64,000 nucleotides of DNA, from positions 6,200,001 through 6,264,000 of the forward strand of contig NC_092671.1 in the NCBI RefSeq assembly GCF_964355755.1, in the 5' to 3' direction. The notes beneath the pieces are model-generated. The model was given only the letters and a program-made list of their open reading frames with translations, did not search any database and had not been told where the DNA came from. Positions 27,801 through 39,800 of the stretch are shown here, piece by piece (the stretch's first letter is position 1; each line of letters starts with the position of its first letter). Origin of the DNA: Antedon mediterranea (Eukaryota > Animalia > Echinodermata). Both the position numbers and the translations under genes were made by a program.

Positions 27801-30800
27801 TTTTGTCATCTCAAGGTTGGAGATAATAATTAATCCAAGGATTCTAGTCTGCGATAAGGAGCTACTTAAATCACGGCCAATGAAATGAACAAGCTTTTTT
27901 TGGAAATTAATGTTATTTTGATTGAACTTATATTATTTGATTTAAAAATCTCAATAAAATATTTTGTTACACGGTTTTAGAAAATATTATAGGTATAGCA
28001 AATTTAAGGAATTAGTTAAAAAATTATAAAAAAACAAATTAAAATTACAAATATTAAAGTCGTTATTGTTGATTAATATTTTCAGTGTGAATGTATACAC
28101 CCTTTTCCTCCCTCCAAACACTTTGCCTAAAACACCACATATTTTGTATTTATCATAATATTAAAACAGTTGCCGGTTATCTCTACACAGATCGTTTCTT
28201 AACGTGATCATGTCAAACGGTGCATACGTTGCATCAACATAAAGAATATGTCGCGCTGAAATCCTCCTCATCCGTCTACTCGTCATTAGATCGTTATTTT
28301 CCTTTTCCCCTGTCTTCAAAATTATCCATCACCTCGTTTCTTAATCGACTAGGTTATTTGATTTCTCGCTCAATTTGTCATTGAGCGTTGCAATCAATAC
28401 TTCAATTCATCAATAGTTGTTACCCTTATCCATGTTTTTTCCCTCTCCTGGGATTATGAATTGGCTGTACCAAGATACCAGTAGCACGTAACACTGTACA
28501 TGTTTTTATTCACCTAGGATTACTGCTAAATAGCATGCCTGCTGTATTCCAAAACATGGGTACTGTATTGGTTAGCGTGTGTTGAATCGCCTTGTTCATC
28601 ACCTTTCAGATCATCTCACAAAGTTTTGGTAGTACTTGTGGTTTAAACCTAGTTGAAACCATAGTACCATCAAGTTAAAACACATCCTCAGATGTAATGT
28701 GGTTGGAAGTTTTTAGTGTTGCCAATGCCACCCACAAAAATACCCAATAAGGTGTTTTCACAAACATACACACTATATTTCATCATCATATATCAGTTTT
28801 TTTGCTATTACAAAATGTATAGCAAATGATATTTCCTGAACGTATTATTTTTCAAGTTTAACCTTGATCATATATTTAAGGGCATTCAATTTATTGAAGA
28901 AAATATATTTTATGAAATATGATACGGAAGATATATAAAGACTGTAAACTTAATCCTTTTTTATGTAAAGTTAAATGGTGCAACATTTCATCCACTATAC
29001 ATTAAATTATACAATGTTTATATAAAATGTAATGCAATTTGGCATATTCAGATCAGGTAATTCCTGTTAATTCACCATTGACTTTTTAATATTTTTTTGT
29101 AAGAATTATTTATCTTCGAAGACGGTCGGAGGTCAAGTTTAATGTTACCCATTAATCAAATTTATTGCCGATGCACAAATTTAAAATTCTCTGCACAAAT
29201 GTAAAAGGATTTGAATTTTAGAAAACATTTATGAGATTTCAATAGAGGGCGCTCTAGTTTTATTGCCGATGTTTAAATTAATGATGACATTGGGTAAAAG
29301 TTTATGTTCCAGTAGATTAACAGGGCGACAGATTTATCTTTTAATGTCGTTTATAAAAAATTATAGACGTACAATAAAACTACCTGACTAGTTTTTTATT
29401 ATTTATATTCGTGTGTTACTATTTTCTGATCTTGCACCCATGAGCAAGATATTTTTTATTCATAACCAATTTAAAGAACTGCTGTCTTGAATTGATTAAA
29501 AACAAAATCTGAGGTTTGAGTTGATATCTTATGAATTTTAATCATTTTAGTCAACACTCCAAAAGAATATGGGAACTGCCATAACTGTTTTTAAACAATT
29601 ATAAGAACATTCTAAAATTAATTTGTATGGATTTAATTTGCATGTATTCTTAAAACTTAATGCATATAGAATAGTTCATCAAACCATTGTGTGTTTTTTG
29701 TCACAATTAGTATTATATAGTCAGGTCTTTTTTTTCCCTCTCTTCAAAGACCGTACAATATATACTTACAAAGCATCTCATTTTATTCATTTTATACATG
29801 GTGTATCTGCCTTTTTAGTTGATAGTTACGGTATGACTGAACATAATACCAGCCCAACATTATGTATATTTCTACTGTACATACATGTTTTTAAAATCTC
29901 GCCCGTTTCAATGGTGTTAATTTTACAGTTTTGTGGTGAGGCACCATTAAATGGTTTTGTTTTAATGTTGGTTTGATTGCGTACTATGAAAATTCTGTCA
30001 TAAATTATGCACAAATGTTATATTTATTTGTTCTTTCAGGTTGTGCTTTTGTAACTTTCAGTACACGGCAAAGTGCCTTAAATGCAATCAACAGTATGCA
30101 TCACTCTTCAACAATGGAGGTAACTATAATATCTAAAATATACACTAAACAAATATAATTTTAAAAAAAAACAAGAATAGGATATGTGACAAAAATGTAC
30201 AGCTTGCATTTTTTTTCTTATAATCCACGGAGAACAATCCAAATGGATATAAATTGAAAGAAATTCAAATAAAAGCTTTTATCAATTTAGATAATTCTGT
30301 GTGGTTTTGTACTAATTTAATTATGGCAATGGTTTGCTTCTGTGTATCTGAAATAAATGAAGGCTGATCCAAAATGACTAGTGAACACTACAAAATGGAA
30401 TGTGTAAACACTGTGCAAAATGAAATGTGTAAACATTGTACAGAATGATATGCATGAACACGGTATCCAAAATGATATGCATGAAGACTGTATAAAAAAT
30501 GATGTGTGAACAGTATCCAAAATGACATGTATGAACAATATCCAAAATGATATGTTTGAACACGGTATCCAAAATGATATGTGAAACACTGTACAAAATA
30601 AAGTGTGAACACTGTACAGAATGATATGTGTGAACACTACAGAATGATGTGTGTACACTGTGTCCAAAATGGAATGCTTGAACACTGTACAGAATGAAAT
30701 TGTGAACACTGTACAAAATGATGTGTGAACACTGTATAAAATGAAATGTGTAAACACTGTACAGAATTATATGTGTAAACACGGTATCCAAAATAACATG

Positions 30801-33800
30801 TGCGAGCACTATCCAATATGATGTGTGAACACTGTATAAAATGAAATGTGTAAACACTGTACAGAATTATATGTGTAAACACGGTATCCAAAATAACATG
30901 TGCGAGCACTATCCAATATGATGTGTGAACACTGTATAAAATGAAATATGTGAACACTATACAGAATGATATGTTTGAACACGGTATCCAAAATGATATG
31001 TTTGAACACGGTATCCAAAATGATATGTTTGAACACGGTATCCAAAATGATATGTTTGAACACTGTATCCAAAATGATATGTTTGAACACGGTATCCAAA
31101 ATGATATGTTTGAACACTGTATCCAAAATGATATGTTTGAACACTGTATCCAAAATGATATGTTTGAACACTGTATCCAAAATGATATGTTTGAACACGG
31201 TATCCAAAATGATATGTTTGAACACTGTATCCAAAATGATATGTTTGAACACTGTATCCAAAATGATATGTTTGAACACTGTATCCAAAATGATATGTTT
31301 GAACACTGTATCCAAAATGATATGTTTGAACACGGTATCCAAAATGATATGTTTGAACACTGTATCCAAAATGATATGTTTGAACACTGTATCCAAAATG
31401 ATATGTTTGAACACTGTATCCAAAATGATATGTTTGAACACTGTATCCAAAATGATAGGTTTGAACACTGTATCCAAAATGATATGTTTGAACACGGTAT
31501 CCAAAATGATATGTTTGAACACTGTATCCAAAATGATATGTTTGAACACTGTATCCAAAATGATATGTTTGAACACGGTATCCAAAATGATATGTTTGAA
31601 CACAGTATCCAAAATGATATGTTTGAACACGGTATCCAAAATGATATGTTTGAACACTGTATCCAAAATGATATGTTTGAACACTGTATCCAAAATGATA
31701 TGTTTGAACACGGTATCCAAAATGATATGTTTGAACACGGTATCCAAAATGATATGTTTGAACACGGTATCCAAAATGATATGTTTGAACACGGTATCCA
31801 AAATGATATGTTTGAACACGGTATCCAAAATGATATGTTTGAACACGGTATCCAAAATGATATGTTTGAACACGGTATCCAAAATGATATGTTTGAACAC
31901 GGTATCCAAAATGATATGTTTGAACACGGTATCCAAAATGATATGTTTGAACACGGTATCCAAAATGATATGTTTGAACACTGTATCCAAAATGATATGT
32001 TTGAACACGGTATCCAAAATGATATGTTTGAACACTGTATCCAAAATGATATGTTTGAACACTGTATCCAAAATGATATGTTTGAACACTGTATCCAAAA
32101 TGATATGTTTGAACACGGTATCCAAAATGATATGTTTGAACACTGTATCCAAAATGATATGTTTGAACACTGTATCCAAAATGATATGTTTGAACACTGT
32201 ATCCAAAATGATATGTTTGAACACTGTATCCAAAATGATATGTTTGAACACGGTATCCAAAATGATATGTTTGAACACTGTATCCAAAATGATATGTTTG
32301 AACACTGTATCCAAAATGATATGTTTGAACACTGTATCCAAAATGATATGTTTGAACACTGTATCCAAAATGATAGGTTTGAACACTGTATCCAAAATGA
32401 TATGTTTGAACACGGTATCCAAAATGATATGTTTGAACACTGTATCCAAAATGATATGTTTGAACACTGTATCCAAAATGATATGTTTGAACACGGTATC
32501 CAAAATGATATGTTTGAACACAGTATCCAAAATGATATGTTTGAACACGGTATCCAAAATGATATGTTTGAACACTGTATCCAAAATGATATGTTTGAAC
32601 ACTGTATCCAAAATGATATGTTTGAACACGGTATCCAAAATGATATGTTTGAACACGGTATCCAAAATGATATGTTTGAACACGGTATCCAAAATGATAT
32701 GTTTGAACACGGTATCCAAAATGATATGTTTGAACACGGTATCCAAAATGATATGTTTGAACACGGTATCCAAAATGATATGTTTGAACACGGTATCCAA
32801 AATGATATGTTTGAACACGGTATCCAAAATGATATGTTTGAACACGGTATCCAAAATGTAAAAAATGAATGAGTAAACATATCTTTTAGAGTTGTATATG
32901 AAAATGACATATTGGTTTTACATGGTTGCTCTGCTGCTTCTGCCATTTACACGGCTCTAAAGAGAAATTCCAAAGAGAAATAAATTAATGTCCACCACTA
33001 AGTAAATGACAGATACTAAAACTGATTCATGGCGATATTAAAATGATTCGAAATGTGAATATCATGTAAAACTATATTGGTAATAAAAGCGTTATCATAG
33101 TGTAATATTTGACAAATATGTTAGCGTGAAACACAGAATTGTGAGCATAAATGCCAGAAATAAAATACACAAAATGAAGGATTATACATTGTTAAGACTA
33201 TCTAATCCAAAATGATTATAAGGAGCTAAATACAAGACTAGTTGCCAAGTAAAGTGCCAATAATTAACTAACAGTAATTCCATAATGAACATTAACCTAG
33301 ATCAAAATGTCAAACCAAATTTTGTTTCTCTCTTTCGAGTCATCGTGCTCTTCCTGTAGCTTCAATTTTTTACACTCTGTGAATCGAATAAGCGCCAAAG
33401 TTAAGTTAGAACCGTAACTGTCATCATACATGCTCACACGAAACGTTGTTTAATGCGAGTGTTGTTATTTCAAATAACGTGTGACGATTGCTCTAGTTTT
33501 TGCATTGAACTTTATATTAGAAACGCTAATTTAATTTCATTTTGAACATTATGATTTGCATAAATACTCGCATTATATACCGACACAACTGTTTGTACCA
33601 TGGAGAATATTCATTTGTATCTACCAACATTTATTTAAAGTATCTGGTGTATGTATTCAGAATACATTGGATTAATTGAAATGTGTGTTTTATCTTGATA
33701 GGGCTGTTCAGCACCGTTAGTTGTAAAGTTTGCAGATACAACCAAAGAAAAAGAACAGAAACGATGGCAGAAGATGGCACAGAATCTAATGAGTTCACAG

Positions 33801-36800
33801 GCATTTGCAACGGCCATGATGGCCACACTATCCAATCAAAACTATGTAGGTATATTGCAGTACGGTTGCAAACATAAGAACGAACAGTTCTAAACTTGCA
33901 CTACTAAAGATTTACTGATCATGACTTCCTATTAAAATATACAAATTCAAGATTAATGTTTATTTTCTGTGAAGAAAAAAAAACAATTACAAGTTTACAA
34001 AAATAGTAAATTATAAAAGATCAAATTGTCTACTTTATGGAACTACACATCTGTAATTTGTTGACTATAACATTCCATTTCCTAGCATTCAAAGTAAAAT
34101 ACTTTTTGGAAAAAATCATTGACTTCACTGGCTGACCTAAATGTATGTGCTGTATTAATTACAATTGTTGCTAAAGCTCTGTCAACATTATCAAACTAGT
34201 TTGATGAAAAAAGTGTGATGTGCCCAAATATGGTAATGATATGCTTCTTAAATATGGTCTTGACATCATGTCCATATATGGGCACATCACATTTTTTTGT
34301 CACCTGAAGTTTGATAGTGTAGACAGAGCTTTACATTTGCCTTACGGTAGGATTAGAAATGAAATATCCTTAAGATTGGTTAGATTAATTTTGTCGATGG
34401 TTTTACGGTTAAAAGGTATTTAAAATTCAAGGCATTTCAATTTGATATTGAACAGATATGAACAGGTCCTAAAATATATCTTGATTTGAATTATGCAAAA
34501 AGGTTTCACTAGCCTAAATGATTTAATTAGATTATCTAGGATTTAAGTTGGTACATTTGATCAGTTGGATTAGGATAATCTTAGCAAGGATTTACAATTA
34601 TGCCTTGGTTGGACATAATGCAATTAGATAAGCAATTGTGGTTAATAATAGACACTCTGTGGTTTATTATTGCCTTTCTAAAAATTTTGCGATGGGTTAT
34701 ATTGATTTGTCAGACCAACAAGGCTTGGATAAAAAGTGGATTAGCGGGGATTATTAATTGTGCCTGTAGGTGGTTTAACATTAGGAATTGTTTTAGACTA
34801 ATTAGAAACATGTATTTTTTATATCTATGTGAGTGAGACATTTCTCGCATACTAAATGTTTAACAGTACATAAAGAAGCATTTTTTCCCCGTAGCCAATT
34901 AAATACTTAATAACACACAGGATGTTTGCATACATAAATCACTAAAGGATAGCTCGTTTTTAATGAAAAATGAAAATTACGAAAATGTCTCCTTAATAAC
35001 ACCTGCCATTTAACTTGTTGTTATCACTCCCAAATGATGTCTTCAAATAATAAAATTAGATTTACGTGCGGCCAACATGTAATTCTCATTAATAGTTGAT
35101 TTTGAGTATACAAGCGTGTATGCCTTTACTGTACACGTAAGCGCCTTCACGCCTCTCGAACATGCTTTCGTACAAAGTACATCTCATAATTTTCTACTTG
35201 GATGATGCAAATAGTCATAATGATATAAATATGGGCAAGGTTGTTTTTTAGTCGTCTTGGCGAAGCATTCATACCCTACCTTAAAATTGACTAATATTTT
35301 ACTATCTACTAATTAGGTGTAAAAATGTATGGGGTCTTAATGACTTCTTGTCTTCTCTTATACTGGAGGCAAGAAACAAAATAACATAACTTCTGTTCGT
35401 TATTCCATTTATCTACGGTTAATCGTTGTAGGAAACAAATTAATAATCGCATATCTTGAAAGTCGCTTTGGTTTGAAGAAGTTGTACATCCTCGGACGTG
35501 CTTGATTACCATTCATTAATCTGCATCATAAACCGAAACAAGCTTTACGATTCGTTTTCATTTATAGAATTGACCAGTTGAAATATCAAATCTTTATTAC
35601 ATTGAACATCAAAATAAATGAATAATCATTCTTTGTCTCATTTGGTCAACTCAACAAATGAAGAGAAATCGTAAAGCGTGCATTCAGACACGAATGTCAG
35701 CTTGAAGGCATTTTCATTTTAATAAAGACTTGTGGTTGTGATGGGCAGATGTGATGATTTGAGAACTTGGATGATGGGTTTTGTAGGTAACAAAGACATA
35801 TCATAGATTGTTAGTTTATGCAAATATACTGGCGTCCGTATGTCAAAGGATGGTATCCTCTAAGCCAGCTCTAAGCAATACTGAACAAATGTATTGCATT
35901 AGGATTGTCTGAATTGGTTTAGTACAGTAGCATATACCGTATATTTCGGTGTATAAGTCGCACCTGTGTATAAGACGCACCCCCTAACTGAGAGTAAAAT
36001 ATCGGTATTTTTTATATCGTCGATGTATAAGACGCACCTTATATTTCATCAAAACAATGTTTTTTTAAAATTGTAATCAATATTATTGTAATAATATATT
36101 TTGTTATATCTACAACAGCGTCCTTTATTTAGGTTTTTTCTTACCTAGGCTCGGCCGCGCCCAGCCTCAACAAGTTGTTTCTAACTTGTTATTCATGAGT
36201 AGTAGTAGTGTACACACCTGTTTTATGTATGGTTTAAGCTAATCAGATCTACTTCCATGTTCAGACCGTATGTATTCTTCAGTAGATCAGTATGATACCT
36301 TTTGTGAAGTTTGTAGCATAGTTGGTGGTTTAAGCTAATCTACTTCCATGTTCAAACAGTATGTACAGGTATTCCAGATCAGTATTCTACCCTTTCTGTT
36401 GTTGGTAGCTTAGTGGATGGTTTAAGCTAATCTACTTCCATGTTCAGACAGAATGTATTCCAGATTAGTACATTCTACCATTTATGATGTTTGTAGCATA
36501 GTGGATGGTTTAAGCTAATCTACTTCCATGTTCAGACAGAATGTATTCCAGATTAGTACATGCTACCATTTATGATGTTTGTAGCATAGTGGATGGTTTA
36601 AGCTAATCTACTTCCATGTTCAGACAGTACGTATTCCAGATCAGTATGCTACCCTTTATGATGTTTGTAGCATAGTTGGTGGTTTAAGCTAATCTACTTT
36701 CATGTTCAGACAGAATGTAGTCCAGATCAGTATGCTACCCTTCATGATGTTTGTAGCATAGTTGGTGGTTTAAGCTAATCTATTAATGATGTTGGTAGCA

Positions 36801-39800
36801 TAATGAGTGGTTTAATCTAATCCACTTTTATAAAGTTTAAAATAAATAATACAAAAATTAATGTTTGTATTACAAATAATGAATATTGTTCATTTTACTT
36901 TCTCCACAGGGTATGCAACCAGCAGCGGCAGCTGCAGCAACAGGAGCAACAAACACTAACCCAATTCAACAGCAATTAGCCAGTAAGAGTTATATTACAG
37001 TTTGAACACACCTTTAAAAATTCAAAATTCAAAATTTAGTCTCTGTTCACAAACAAATTCGGACTAAAAAAAAATTGTATTTGCAATTGTGTTTGCTGTC
37101 AAACAGCAGACTCTTCACTCATCATCCTCTGACTTGAATATTTAGCAGGTGATTATGTATGCATATTCGGCAATATAATTAACTGCAATTCAATATAGTA
37201 CTTTGATGATGATGAAGATTTATCTTGAACGATATTTTATATGAAAGATACAAATCAAGTGAGAATTTGCATGTAGATTAGATGTCGGTATATTGATAAT
37301 ACGATTGAAAGTGATGGGTTGTTGTTTATCTATACACGATGTAGAATTTGGGATTCTGGACCTTTCCACGCTTTCTCCTTCACATTAGGACCATCATAGA
37401 TATTAAGCATGGTGCTATAATAAAACTAAATCTTTATTTTGACTTTGCTTTATCTTTGTCTGGAAAAATTGATTAGACTTGTATTGTAGTGGTTGTACAA
37501 TATATATTTTGCATGTACTGTATGTACCAAATCAACCATTGCAGAACCAATTTGGTTGTGGCCTTTTAGTGTTTTAAGCCACTTTGACCACCTTGAGACC
37601 ATAAAGTCGTCTTGACCATCAACGTTCTCTAATGTATTGTAGTTTTCCTTGCCATTTCAAACTGATCTACCTATCTTCTTAGTAAAATATAATGTTGCCT
37701 TTCAAGATGGAAGTTGCATTTTTAAAATTGTGCAATTTCAGGTAACAACAATATAAAATAACCAAAATTATACTTTGGACCACATTACCATTTGATTTTG
37801 CATCTATATATTTGTTAATTTATTTTTCAGTCCCTATATTAATTCTAAATTATTTTGTTTTTGCCTAAATTTAAACTACGCCCGTGATCTTAAAATTAAT
37901 GTTTCTCTTTTTGTGGTAAAAAAAACTGTTCCTTTAAGCTATGTTATTAATCGCATCTATAAATGCGTAATCATCATGTTTTTCTGTATTCATTTTATGG
38001 CGCCACATCAAAGTATAGCTGAGTTATGAGCCAAGGACATGATAGATTACTACTTTAAATTCTAGCACTTGATAATTTTAAAAGAAAATAACAAAAAGAC
38101 TGAAAAAATTAGGATTAGGTTTTTTTCATTTTAGTCTTAAAGAGAACAATTCTATGACGTGGCTTCAACAAAGTTGGTTCAAGGTGCCTGAAGACCATTA
38201 ATCAACACTTTTTGCATCATGGAATTAATTATAATTGTAGGGGTAGATTAATATTTAGTCTCTAAAAAAATTGGTATTCATTCAATCTTTCATTTCACAA
38301 TCTCTGGTTCATAGAAAGTAAAATTACAAAATTAATAATTAAAAAAAATTTTTTTTAAATAAATAAAAGTATTAAACTAAAAATTAATGAGCTAAAATAA
38401 TGCAAGTTTAAACTTAAAGATTTGTACTTTGTTATAATATGATGAGCACTATTTTACTTAATTATATTTATTATTATACAACTCATTTTTTTTTCAAATA
38501 TGTAGATGTAAAAATGCAATTACCAAAAGTACTTTGATTTAGTTAAATAAAGAAGCAATTTCCCCCAATTGAACTTATCAAAATAAATGTAACCTTTCCG
38601 TGTTAATTGACGTCTCTCATAGAGTGGCATACATTGACCTCTGACCTACAGCTAGCTCGCTGTGTTCTAAATCGAGTGTTTTGTTGATGAGTGGTGACAT
38701 ACGAACGAAACATGAACATCAATCATTTAAGAGAATTGATTCTATATTCCTATAAGTGAAGTGGTTGATGTAGAGTTGTACAAAGCAATTCAAGCCGATA
38801 TTCTTCCCCGGAGTATCTAAAATATTGATATAGGAAATGCGATAGCAATAGTAAGAGAAAGTAATTGATCCGCTTGAAAAACGAGAGTCAAGTCCCAATG
38901 AATAATGCTCAAGATTCTGCGTGCTTTGTAGATGTGCACAAATTTCGGCCAAATGTGTTGTTGATGTATGCAAGGTTTTTGCGATTTATTTTTATGGATG
39001 TCGTCTATACATAAGCCGTCATTGTGTTGTATAAGGTGTTTGTGTGTGTAGGTGTAATAAATCTGACCCCATGATTTGAAAAGTATTCTTGTCAAGCGCT
39101 TGAAATTTATTTTTTTTTGTGAGATCTATACTTGTATTTGTCTTTTGTAGCATTTCAGGCAATGCAACAGATTTCAGCACTAACCAGTGGTGGTCAGGGC
39201 CCTATAACGCCCACAGGAGCAGCGGCTGCGGCCGCAGCTGCAGCAGCGGCAGCACAGCAGCTTCAAGCTTCACAACAACTACAGGCAGCCCAAGCACACA
39301 ACAGTTTCCCAGGATTATCAACGGGTAAGGCATCATTGTATGTTATACTCCTTTCTTGCTGTTTGATATTAAGTAAGTTGAAAAAGCTTTAAAAGAATTC
39401 CCTGCTGTTAGGACATGTACAGGTATAGTAAACTGAGCGGACAAAAGTTTAGATTATCCAGAGGTAAGGTATTTTTAAAGCGACGTGAAATTTGGATTGT
39501 ATTGGGCTTTGAAAGATCGTAAGATGAATTTTTTCTAGATAAATTAATTTCTTAGTCATTTAAATGGATAGTTTTATGATTTTATTTATTTTAGCAGCAC
39601 TATGAAACATCCTATTTACAGAATGATTACCAGTATACCTTAAACAAATAAAGTTAGCTTGGTAATTATTTTAAACCATGAGAAAAATCGGCTTGCACAC
39701 AGTCAAATTTTCAAGATTCTAAAGACAGTTAATATAGTTGTTTCGTGATTAAGCAGTAAGAATCTTGCACGATGTCTTCATGATTCGTTGTTCTCTTTTT

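Noticed and set aside
5553-29976. Remaining 60-125-aa ORFs of the track in introns
   Set aside because: Composition is that of random AT-rich DNA (F/I/L/Y/C-rich), many starts are TTG/GTG, and there are no domains. I found no evidence of a nested gene, tRNA or rRNA, although snoRNAs or miRNAs cannot be excluded without covariance-model searches.
30966-32857. CRISPR-like array
   Set aside because: Units are head-to-tail with no unique spacers, there are no cas genes, and the context is eukaryotic.
30637-32946. Four ORFs of 631-769 aa
   Set aside because: They are translations of a 27-bp unit that lacks stops in four frames. They overlap on both strands, have no unique domain, and lie inside CELF intron 5.
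36225-36830. Repeat-spacer-like array
   Set aside because: The sequences between conserved cores are homologous to one another, so this is an ordinary diverged tandem repeat.
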